Assembly: GCA_016206805.1 (NCBI GenBank)
Contig: JACQQX010000054.1
Location: forward strand, 3,743-67,742
Length of the DNA stretch: 64,000 nt
Reading direction: 5' to 3'
Origin: Candidatus Omnitrophota bacterium
Lineage (GTDB): Bacteria; Omnitrophota; Gorgyraeia; 2-02-FULL-51-18
Shown: piece after piece, positions 29,781-37,623 of the stretch
How positions within the stretch are numbered: position 1 is the stretch's first letter
How the letters are laid out: the number at the start of each line of letters is the position of its first letter
Made by a program: the position numbers and the translations under genes
The notes under the pieces: generated by a model
What the model was told of the DNA's origin: nothing
Seen by the model: only the letters and a program-made list of their open reading frames with translations
Databases searched by the model: none

Positions 29781-30290
29781 TCATTTCGGTTCCTTTTTCG
29801 ACAGCGCGACCGCGCCTGTCTGCGCGATTTCGAGAATGTCGTGTCCTTTTAAAGTTTCAAAAAGTTTCTTTCGATTCTCCCGGGCCTCGGTGCACTCGAT
29901 CGTGGTGATCTTGGCGTTTTCTTCGACGACATGCACCTTGTATGTTTTCATGATCGATTCGAGCGCCTTCTTCAGCTCGGGGGTAGTCCTGAACTTAACA
30001 AGCATCAGCTCGCGGTCGATGTAACCTTCATCGCCCAGGTCCTGCACCTTGATCACGTCGATGAGTTTATTGAGCTGCTTTTTAAGCTGCTCCAGCGTTT
30101 TCTCGTCAACCCTGGCGACAAGCGTAATGCGCGACATGGTCGGGTCTTCGGTTTCTCCCACGGCCAGCGAATCGATATTGAAACCGCGCGCCGCAAAAAG
30201 CCCGATCACATGCGACAAAACGCCCGCCCTATTCTCAACCAACACAGACAATATTCTTTCTTTTATCGGGGTGGTTTCATGAACTGCCAT
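29781..30290 (-). CDS. ilvN: acetolactate synthase small (regulatory) subunit
   Basis: 169 aa. ACT domain LSVLVENRAGVLSHVIGLFAARGFNIDSLAVGETED. Confidence 0.92.
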   Translation of the reverse strand: MAVHETTPIKERILSVLVENRAGVLSHVIGLFAARGFNIDSLAVGETEDPTMSRITLVARVDEKTLEQLKKQLNKLIDVIKVQDLGDEGYIDRELMLVKFRTTPELKKALESIMKTYKVHVVEENAKITTIECTEARENRKKLFETLKGHDILEIAQTGAVALSKKEPK

Positions 30291-30300
30291 ATGAATTTCC

Positions 30301-30341
30301 TATCTCCTATCTCCTGAATCCTGTCTCCTGAATCCTGTCTC
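30301..30341. repeat. short tandem repeats (TATCTCC x2, TGAATCCTGTCTC x2) in the ilvB-ilvN spacer
   Basis: Minus strand reads GAGACAGGATTCA-GGAGACAGGATTCA-GGAGATA-GGAGATA-GGAAATTCAT-ATG. That gives four reiterated GGAGA Shine-Dalgarno-like units upstream of ilvN. Confidence 0.8.
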
Positions 30342-32015
30342 TTACGCCATATCCATAATTTCTTCGAACGATTTGCCGGACGGAATCATCGGGAACACAT
30401 TCTCCTCCGCTTCAACGATAAAATCCAACACACAAGGCCTGTCTTTGATAGTCAGCGACCAACGGATCGCCTCCTCCGCCTCTTGCTTGGTCTTCGCGTG
30501 ACGGCCCACGCCACCGTAGGCCTCAACAAGTTTCACAAAATCAGGATTGCCCTGCATGTCGGAGCTGGAATAGCGGTGGTTGTAAAACGCTTCCTGCCAC
30601 TGACGCACCATGCCCAGATAATTGTTGTTGATGATGGCGATTTTCACCGGCAGCTTGTGCACCACGGCCGTGGCCAGCTCTTGAATATTCATCTGGATCG
30701 AACCGTCGCCGGTGATGCACACCACGATTTTATCGGGAAACGCGAATTGCGCTCCAATGGCCGCGGGGAAACCGTAACCCATGGTTCCCAAACCGCCGCT
30801 GGTTAAAAACTGGTTGGGGCCGCTGACTTTATAATACTGCGCCGCCCACATCTGGTGCTGACCCACGTCGGTCGAAACGATGGCGTCACTGCCGTAAATC
30901 TCACAAAGCTTTTGGATGGCGTATTGGGGCCTCAACTGGCCGTCGTCGCGGTAACGCAGCGGGCTTTCCTTTTTCCATTTTTCGATTTCCGAAAGCCATT
31001 CTTTGGTGTCCGCGGGCTCAACGATTTTATTGAGCTCATGCAGGATCTGACGCACGTCCCCCACGATCGGCACGTCCACTTTCACGTTTTTGGAAATGGC
31101 CGAAGGGTCGACGTCCATGTGAATGATTTTCGCTTTCGGGGCAAATTTCTTCAAGTCCCCGGTCACGCGATCATCAAAGCGCGCGCCCACCGCGATCAAA
31201 AGATCGCATTCATGAACCGCGCGATTGGCGTAAACCGTCCCATGCATGCCCAGCATCCCCATAAACTGCGGATGCGTTCCCGAAACGCCGCCCAAACCCA
31301 TCAGCGTATTGGTGCAGGGCGCTTTGATTTTCTCGACAAACTTAATCAATTCCTTGGCGGCGCCTGAAATAATAACGCCACCGCCCGTGTACACTACCGG
31401 ACGTTTGGACTCGGCGATCATCTTGGCGGCTTTTTTAATCTGTCCCGGATGGCCTTCCAATACGGGTTTGAAACCACGGATATTCACCGTTTCCGGGTAC
31501 TGAAAATCAAATTGCGCAAGGCTGATGTCAGACGGGAAATCAATCAAAACCGGCCCGGGCCGGCCATGTGTGGCCAGCCAAAACGCTTCTTTCAAAACGC
31601 GCGGCAAGTCGTTGACGTCCTTCACGAGAAAATTATGCTTGGTGATCGGGCGGGTAATGCCCGTCACATCAGCTTCCTGAAAAGCATCATTGCCAATCAA
31701 AAAAGATTTGACCTGGCCGGTAACCACCACCAGCGGAATAGAATCCATATAGGCGTCGGCAATCCCGGTCACGGTATTGGTTGCGCCCGGTCCCGACGTC
31801 ACGACCACGACCCCCGGCTTGCCGGTAGAGCGCGCATAACCCTCGGCCATATGCACCGCACCCTGCTCGTGCCGAACCAAAATCACCTTAAACTTCGCGT
31901 CGTAAAGCGCGTCAAAAAGCGGCAAACACGCCCCACCCGGGAGCCCAAAAACATACTCCACGCCCTCTTTGGAAAACGCCTCCACCACCGCCTGAGCACC
32001 CGTTATTTTTGGCAT
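30342..32015 (-). CDS. ilvB: acetolactate synthase large (catalytic) subunit
   Basis: 557 aa. ThDP enzyme with GLGTMGYGFPAAIGA...GDGSIQMNIQEL. Confidence 0.95.
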   Translation of the reverse strand: MPKITGAQAVVEAFSKEGVEYVFGLPGGACLPLFDALYDAKFKVILVRHEQGAVHMAEGYARSTGKPGVVVVTSGPGATNTVTGIADAYMDSIPLVVVTGQVKSFLIGNDAFQEADVTGITRPITKHNFLVKDVNDLPRVLKEAFWLATHGRPGPVLIDFPSDISLAQFDFQYPETVNIRGFKPVLEGHPGQIKKAAKMIAESKRPVVYTGGGVIISGAAKELIKFVEKIKAPCTNTLMGLGGVSGTHPQFMGMLGMHGTVYANRAVHECDLLIAVGARFDDRVTGDLKKFAPKAKIIHMDVDPSAISKNVKVDVPIVGDVRQILHELNKIVEPADTKEWLSEIEKWKKESPLRYRDDGQLRPQYAIQKLCEIYGSDAIVSTDVGQHQMWAAQYYKVSGPNQFLTSGGLGTMGYGFPAAIGAQFAFPDKIVVCITGDGSIQMNIQELATAVVHKLPVKIAIINNNYLGMVRQWQEAFYNHRYSSSDMQGNPDFVKLVEAYGGVGRHAKTKQEAEEAIRWSLTIKDRPCVLDFIVEAEENVFPMIPSGKSFEEIMDMA

Positions 32016-32066
32016 AAAAACCCTTTCAATGATAAGTTTTGCATTGTAACACGAACAGGGGATCTA

Positions 32067-32342
32067 TCACAAATTCTTCAAAAACCTGCGGATTTCATCG
32101 TGAGAACCTATAAGAAGAAACTCCACAACGTCCTCATTCTTGCGAAAAAGGATGCGTTCGTTCAATCCCGCGCGAATCTCCCAAATCTGGCGCCCCAACG
32201 GCGTTAGCCCAAGACCATGCGGAAGATGACCGGTCTCAAAAAAGGCTGTCGTCAAACGAATCGCTTTTTTAACCTGTTTTTTCTTGGCATCCGGGAGGGA
32301 GGCCAAACCTCGATCAAAGACAGAGGCTGAAAAATACCGCAT
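32067..32342 (-). CDS. RelE/ParE-superfamily-like toxin
   Basis: 91 aa, directly downstream (4-nt gap) of an AbrB-type antitoxin. Pattern ...LGRQIWEIRAGLNERILFRKNEDVVEFLLIGSHDE resembles RelE/ParE-fold toxins. Family assignment is tentative. Confidence 0.55.
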   Translation of the reverse strand: MRYFSASVFDRGLASLPDAKKKQVKKAIRLTTAFFETGHLPHGLGLTPLGRQIWEIRAGLNERILFRKNEDVVEFLLIGSHDEIRRFLKNL

Positions 32343-32346
32343 TTGT

Positions 32347-32619
32347 CTAGAGGCTGTCTAAATGACGAAGAAAACCCTCCGCCGAGGCAAACAGCTTTCC
32401 GTTTTTCTGATGAGCGATTTTCAGAAGCTTTTGCAGTTCTTCTTCGGTATAGGCTTCCGTCGGGCGAACTTCCATCTTCGCCAATCGAACCGACTCCGAT
32501 TTCTCATCCACCATAAATCCTACCGTATCCCCTTTTTCCAGTGCGCCAATGGTCATTCGCACCTTCTTGGGAAGGGTGATCTGGCCCTTTGGGCCCAGCG
32601 TTGCCGTGAACCAAGTCAT
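32347..32619 (-). CDS. AbrB/SpoVT-domain antitoxin
   Basis: MTWFTATLGPKGQITLPKKVRMTIGALEKGDTVGFMV is a swapped-hairpin motif. The start could be 32619 (ATGA overlap with the upstream small ORF) or 32637. Confidence 0.7.
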   Translation of the reverse strand: MTWFTATLGPKGQITLPKKVRMTIGALEKGDTVGFMVDEKSESVRLAKMEVRPTEAYTEEELQKLLKIAHQKNGKLFASAEGFLRHLDSL

Positions 32620-32840
32620 GGTTTTCCTCCTTTCCATGATTCCTTACTTAAAGGATACACGAAGCGATTCGGAATGTCAAATTCTAGATCAATAAACCAT
32701 TCCAGAGCGGGCTCTTTGACTTCCCGGATCCTGGGATTCCAAAGCATCCATTTTCCATTGACTTGCCGAACATCCCAATAGCCCTCAACCGAAGGGGTCA
32801 CCGAAGGGGCCGAAGGGGTCAAGTCTTTTCCTGACTGCAT
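32616..32840 (-). CDS. possible small ORF (74 aa) upstream of the AbrB/RelE-like pair; uncertain
   Basis: The stop overlaps the antitoxin ATG as ATGA. The N-terminal codons (MQSGKDLTP...) lie inside the 27-nt repeat motif, so the true start is unclear. No recognisable family. Confidence 0.25.
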   Translation of the reverse strand: MQSGKDLTPSAPSVTPSVEGYWDVRQVNGKWMLWNPRIREVKEPALEWFIDLEFDIPNRFVYPLSKESWKGGKP

Positions 32841-32877
32841 GCCGAAGGGGTCAAGTCTTTTCCTGACTGCATGTTTG
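32790..32877. repeat. CGAAGGGG(T/C) short repeats plus two tandem copies of the 27-nt motif GGGGTCAAGTCTTTTCCTGACTGCATG
   Basis: Motif copies at 32815..32841 and 32847..32873. CGAAGGGG units at about 32790, 32802, 32811 and 32843. Related to 7296..7384. Confidence 0.8.
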
Positions 32878-32963
32878 GTGAATCTTTGAATTTACCGGAC
32901 CAGGTCCGGTTTAATTCATGCCGTTGACAACACGTACGCTATGTGGTACGCCTTCTGTGTGTG

Positions 32964-32983
32964 TTTAGGTGTCAGTCCTCGAC
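32964..32983. repeat. left terminal inverted repeat of the RayT unit
   Basis: TTTAGGTGTCAGTCCTCGAC is the perfect reverse complement of 33912..33931. It overlaps the transposase stop codon. Confidence 0.9.
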
Positions 32984-33874
32984 TTTCGACATTTGGATAG
33001 CCTGCTCTAGCTTTGTCAGTCTATTTCTCAGATCTTTGTCGCGGAGAAGTCTCGGCTCCAGTCTTCTGACTGAGGCACTTACGGCCGAATGGGAAATATT
33101 GAAGCGCTCCCCTATTTGCCTTTGTGTCGCACGCGAGAACTTCCACATCGCATAAATGGCTGTTTTTTTATCATGGCCCTCAAGATGTTTGATCACGTCT
33201 TCGGGCGGTTTCCTAAACAACGCCTTTTTGCCTGCAAAGTCTTTGTTTTTCTTCGGTGAGATCTTGGCTTTCAACCGGTCCAGGAATGCTTCCGATCCGA
33301 TCATAAACCCTCCGATAGCTTCCTTGACGGGGTCTCGACCGGCTTCAAGGCCCTCCATCACAAACCGCCGATAAGCCGCCTTTGATTCAAAGCTTTCAAG
33401 CGTAAACTCCCTGTGAAGGTAGTCGGGCGCTTTTTCCTTAAGGTAGTGCTTCATGCTGGACCAGGGGTGATCTTCCGGTTTCTGGACCATCTTGGCTCTG
33501 ACAGGGTTTAAGTGGACATAGCGCGACAGCTCTAGAAAATAGTGGTCTTTGTCCACCAAGAGCGCCTTGTAGCGGCCCTGAAAGAGATGACCGTAGCGCT
33601 TGTGCCTGCGGTTAAAGCGAACGGTGTAAAGCCCGATAAGCCGTTTCATGGCATGAGAGAGATTGGAATCTTTTGTTTCAAGAAGCAAATGAAAGTGATT
33701 GGGCATCAAGCTGTAGGCATGAACAAGGAAATCAAATCGAGCGGCACAGTCGGCCAAGATCCCAAGGAACAGCTCATAGTCTACGTCGCTTCTGTAAATC
33801 TCCTTTCTCTCATTGCCGCGAGAGTAAACGTGATAAACGGCGTTTGGGAATTCCATTCTTAAGGGCCTTGCCAT
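32972..33874 (-). mobile_element. REP-associated tyrosine transposase-like (RayT / IS200-like Y1 HUH) gene with a C-terminal DnaA-C-like HTH
   Basis: 300 aa. AVYHVYSRGNERKEIY, HUH motif MPNHFHLLLE, catalytic Tyr region LSRYVHLNPVRAKM, and C-terminal AIYAMWKFSRATQRQIGERFNISHSAVSASVRRLE. Confidence 0.8.
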
Positions 33875-33911
33875 GCCGTGATGGTATCAAACGGGAAGAG
33901 GGTTGTCAAAT

Positions 33912-33931
33912 GTCGAGGACTGACACCTAAA
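33912..33931. repeat. right terminal inverted repeat of the RayT unit
   Basis: GTCGAGGACTGACACCTAAA. With CAAAT at 33907..33911 the repeat extends to 25 bp, allowing a 7-nt indel on the left side. Confidence 0.9.
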
Positions 33932-33971
33932 CTTTTCGGTAATTGCTCGATCAAGGTGTCTCCTAATCATG

Positions 33972-34008
33972 GTTACATTTTAACCACGCAATGGTTAAAA
34001 TGTAACCT
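33972..34008. repeat. perfect 16-bp stem / 5-nt loop hairpin
   Basis: GGTTACATTTTAACCA-CGCAA-TGGTTAAAATGTAACC, located between the RayT unit and the alr 3' remnant. Confidence 0.85.
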
Positions 34009-34030
34009 TCTATTTCCCTTCAGCTGCCTT

Positions 34031-34092
34031 TGTAAACCCTGAGATACGGCTACTGAGTCCGCACACGATTTCGTACGGAATGGCCCCCATCT
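34031..34092 (-). pseudogene. displaced remnant of an alanine racemase 3' end (direct repeat copy C)
   Basis: The core 34043..34090 is 44/48 identical to 37708..37755 inside alr. It encodes ..GAIPYEIVCGLSSRI.., compared with ..GTIPYEIVCGLSSRI.. in intact alr. Confidence 0.75.
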
Positions 34093-34234
34093 TTACAATG
34101 TGTCAATTTGAACTTTTAACTACTGATACTTTTACAAGTTCCGATCAAGAAACCGCTTGTAATTGATAAAATTGATGAGTATATTGTAATTCTGATTTAA
34201 ATTACAAATTTTTAAGTATTCAAAAATTCAAAAT

Positions 34235-36817
34235 ATGATGAAACCAACTGCCCATCTCAGAACTGTCGTTTCTTTTCTGGTGGGAGCCATGATCTTAGTG
34301 AGAGTGGCTTCCGTGCACGCGGCCGTACAGACGACCGCGGGCAATGAGACCATTAACGCAAGCGGCATCGCCGAGGGCGTGGTCTTCGGGGGCAATCACA
34401 CTCTGACCGTGTCTGCGTCCACCAACGTCGGAGCGACCAGCGGGTTGAGTTTCAATACCAATAATGTGGTTCGGGGTACCGTCACGTTCGAAGGCAGCTC
34501 GACTTTAAGCGGCGCCATCGGGCAGAACAGCGCCGCCAACGTCGTGAATACGGTCAATGTCGACGGGGCCAACGGCACAACCGTGACCATTGGAGGAACG
34601 GGGACCATTGAGGCGTTGGCGATCGATTTCGGAGGCGACGGCACGCTCGTGATAGGCGATGGTGGCGCTATCGATAATGGCAATTCGCTCGCCGGCGGCT
34701 CGGCGGTCAATGCCGACACGGCCGGACAAGGAGAGCTGCAGTTTGCCGGGAGCGCAGATGTTTACGGCGCCATAGGAACTACACGCGGTCTGCGATTGAT
34801 CACCATTAAAGCGGAGCAGGTTGTTATCCAGGAAGGCAATTCAGTCGTCGCCACCACGGTCAACTTTGCCGCTGACGGCGGCGAGCTCAGATTGGCCGCT
34901 ACCAATTCCAATGTCACCGCGAATTTTACCGCCACAACTTCAGGACAAGGAACGCTGATCCACAGTAACGGCGATCACACGATTACGGGAGAAATAGGGA
35001 CTTCCTCGGCGGCCATTAAACAGGTACAAGTTGGGACCGGCACCAGCGCTTTTAGCGGCAATATCTATGCGGGTGATCTCAATTTCAACGCGGACGGTAC
35101 CGCGACGATCGCCGCCTCAAATGTCGTCAGTGGAACGATCACGACGGATACCGACGGAACTGGCACGGTGACTTATGCCGGATCCACGACCGTCGGCGCG
35201 GCTATCGGTACCGCGGTCACTGCCGCTTTAAAGGCCATCAATGTCAACGGAGGAACGTTCAGTTCCGGTTTCAATATCTCCGCCGACACGATCACCATAT
35301 CCAATGACTCCACGCTTATGAAAATGACGGCTGCCACGACGATCACCGCGGCGACCGATTTTACTTTTGAGAACAGCACGACGGCGGGACTTGACCTCGG
35401 AAGTTATCTGCTGACCCTGACGGGCAAGATCGATCTTAACGACAGCAACGCGCTCGCGACGACCATCAACAGCGCCTCGGATTTCGGACGGATCACCGCT
35501 TCGGGAAACTCCACGTCGAACGCGGCCACGACCGTCAGTGTTACCGTGAACGGGTATGTCGCCAATGGCAGCACCTACAAGATCATCGACGGCGCCGCCG
35601 GTGGGACTGTCGCCGCTCCAACGACGGTGACTGACGACAGCGTCTTGACCTCTTTCACGGGCTCGGGATCCGCGGGTGATCTGACATTAACGGCCACGAC
35701 GACGGCATTACCGACCATCTCTACCGACACAAAGGGTGATAGGGCCGGAACCGCGCTTGACGCTGACGCGTTGTCAGGTACGATGAACTCGACCTATCTA
35801 GCCATTGGGCGCTTGGGTTCCGCGACCGCGGTAACCGAGGCATTGAAGCAGCTCAATCCCCAAAGTTCCGATGCCCCTGTACGCACGACCTTGCAGGTTG
35901 CAAGCGATATCGGCCGTATCGTTTTTGAAAGGCTCGCTTCGGATGGAGGTCTCTCAGGCATTTCATCGGGGGATGCATTTTCAGCGAAGTCGATCTGGGC
36001 AAAACTTGTGGGCGGTTATGCCGACCAGAACGCTAGAAAGGGCGAGGAAGGGTATTCCGCAATTTATGGAGGCGCAACCCTAGGTGTAGATGCCGAGATC
36101 GATGACGCGGACACACTCGGCCTGGCTTTCACCTACGCTCAAAGCGGGATCAATTATGACACGTCTGTCTTCGGAAATACTTTGATTGACGGCTATCAAT
36201 GGACCCTTTATCACGAACATGACTTCAGTGACCGCTGGCGTCTGTACAGTCTCATGGCGTTCGGCCTGAACCACTACGACGGAAGCCGCACAGCCAATAT
36301 CGGCTCGGACACCTATCGGGCGACGTTCGATCATTGGGGCCAGCAGTACACGGCTCAAACGGAGCTTGGGTATGATCTGAGCAGCGGGCCTGTGACCGTG
36401 ACTCCTCTGGCCTCGATCGGGTACACACACCTGACGCTTGGCGGCTATCGGGAGATCGGAGCGGGAGAGATCAGCCTTCAGGTAGACAGGCAACAGTACG
36501 ATACGGTCGAATCCGGATTGGGTCTGAAACTAACGCATCCGGCGAAAGCGGGAAGCAATCAGCCCTCCACCGATCTTCACGGGATGTGGTACTGGGACAT
36601 GGTTGGAGACAGGACCGATATCAGCTCAAATTTTTCGGGCGGCGCCACGTCATTCAAAACGCTGGGAGTCGAACCGGATCGACACCGATTTGTTGTCGGA
36701 GGACTGCTTAATTTTAGCTGCGGAAGCCATACCGATGTTTCCGTAGGATACGATGTGGAGTTTAAAGACAGATTCATCAGTCATAATGGGATGCTGAAAG
36801 TGCGGCATCAGTTCTGA
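34235..36817 (+). CDS. autotransporter (type Va) outer-membrane protein
   Basis: 860 aa and the only plus-strand gene. Signal peptide MMKPTAHLRTVVSFLVGAMILVRVASVHA. Cys-free T/G/A/N/S-rich passenger. C-terminal beta-barrel domain from about 35990 (SIWAKLVGGYADQN...) ending in the OMP-type terminal ...LKVRHQF. Confidence 0.8.
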   Translation: MMKPTAHLRTVVSFLVGAMILVRVASVHAAVQTTAGNETINASGIAEGVVFGGNHTLTVSASTNVGATSGLSFNTNNVVRGTVTFEGSSTLSGAIGQNSAANVVNTVNVDGANGTTVTIGGTGTIEALAIDFGGDGTLVIGDGGAIDNGNSLAGGSAVNADTAGQGELQFAGSADVYGAIGTTRGLRLITIKAEQVVIQEGNSVVATTVNFAADGGELRLAATNSNVTANFTATTSGQGTLIHSNGDHTITGEIGTSSAAIKQVQVGTGTSAFSGNIYAGDLNFNADGTATIAASNVVSGTITTDTDGTGTVTYAGSTTVGAAIGTAVTAALKAINVNGGTFSSGFNISADTITISNDSTLMKMTAATTITAATDFTFENSTTAGLDLGSYLLTLTGKIDLNDSNALATTINSASDFGRITASGNSTSNAATTVSVTVNGYVANGSTYKIIDGAAGGTVAAPTTVTDDSVLTSFTGSGSAGDLTLTATTTALPTISTDTKGDRAGTALDADALSGTMNSTYLAIGRLGSATAVTEALKQLNPQSSDAPVRTTLQVASDIGRIVFERLASDGGLSGISSGDAFSAKSIWAKLVGGYADQNARKGEEGYSAIYGGATLGVDAEIDDADTLGLAFTYAQSGINYDTSVFGNTLIDGYQWTLYHEHDFSDRWRLYSLMAFGLNHYDGSRTANIGSDTYRATFDHWGQQYTAQTELGYDLSSGPVTVTPLASIGYTHLTLGGYREIGAGEISLQVDRQQYDTVESGLGLKLTHPAKAGSNQPSTDLHGMWYWDMVGDRTDISSNFSGGATSFKTLGVEPDRHRFVVGGLLNFSCGSHTDVSVGYDVEFKDRFISHNGMLKVRHQF

Positions 36818-37620
36818 TCCACCCAGCCGGACCAATGATCGGCGTTGATCTCTATGATCTTCGCGGTCGGAGGACTGCCCTCCTTCTGAACGAAATTTCG
36901 AGCGATGAAAGGCGGGACAATCTTATCTTTTCGGCCTACCAGGTGTTCTTGGGGGATCGCGGCGACTTTGGCCGCGACGTCCATGGGATCCAAAGAACCG
37001 CTCAAAGGACTCACGCGATGATGGCGGTTCACGGCCTCCGGATCAAGATTTCCGGCAATCGTCCTTAAAAAAACCGCGTCGTGCCGTCTGGCGGCCAAAA
37101 GGACCACCACCGCTCCTCCTCCCGAGTAGCCCGTAAGGCGCACTTTTTGAGCGCCGGCCTGTTGTTTCAACTCATTCACCGCGCGGTCCATCGCCGCGAT
37201 CACTTCTTCGGAGAATCGTTTTTCCGCCCAATAGACCGAGTCGCAAGGAGGTTCGACCGGCGCATACTGGCCGGGCCGCGCCAAATAAGCTACGTTGTCG
37301 GACGGATCTTTGGAAGCCAGCTCTAGGACGAGCGCGTGCCTGGGCGTCGGGTCATCCGAGAGCCTGTTTCGCGAACGCCAGGCCAGTCCGTCCCCTTCTA
37401 TATAGACATGAAGCGTCTCTCCGGGTCTTTTGAAGCGTGTGTATGAGGTGAGGACGAACGGATCCGCGGAGATCAGCGCTTTTTGAAAACCGCCGTTTCT
37501 GGCGAGGCTGTCCGCATCCAAGCGCGCGTTCAAAGAGGAAGAGAAAGTGGCGCATCCAGAGGAGATGCCCAGGAGAAGAATCACGGTCGCGCAGAGAGTC
37601 GGTTTTTTTAAGAGCATCAC
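36808..37620 (-). CDS. alpha/beta-hydrolase-fold lipoprotein (serine hydrolase)
   Basis: 270 aa. Lipobox LLLGISSGC, nucleophile elbow GYSGGG. Its 3' end overlaps the autotransporter 3' end by 10 nt (convergent). Confidence 0.65.
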   Translation of the reverse strand: MMLLKKPTLCATVILLLGISSGCATFSSSLNARLDADSLARNGGFQKALISADPFVLTSYTRFKRPGETLHVYIEGDGLAWRSRNRLSDDPTPRHALVLELASKDPSDNVAYLARPGQYAPVEPPCDSVYWAEKRFSEEVIAAMDRAVNELKQQAGAQKVRLTGYSGGGAVVVLLAARRHDAVFLRTIAGNLDPEAVNRHHRVSPLSGSLDPMDVAAKVAAIPQEHLVGRKDKIVPPFIARNFVQKEGSPPTAKIIEINADHWSGWVDQN

Positions 37621-37623
37621 GGA

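Noticed and set aside
32815-32873. The 27-nt motif plus neighbouring TA cassettes as an integron (attC sites and gene cassettes).
   Set aside because: There is no intI-type integrase or attI nearby. The motif lacks the R''-L''/L'-R' imperfect inverted-repeat organisation of attC as far as I can read. The cassettes are scattered through housekeeping operons rather than arrayed. I kept it as an unexplained repeat instead.
33974-34013. Reading the alr remnant as ending at a TAG immediately before the 16-bp hairpin, which would make the hairpin the ancestral alr terminator.
   Set aside because: On recounting bases, the remnant frame does not stop there. It runs through the hairpin to a TAA at 33976..33974. 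The hairpin also has no U-tract after it. I report the hairpin only as a structure and not as a demonstrated terminator.
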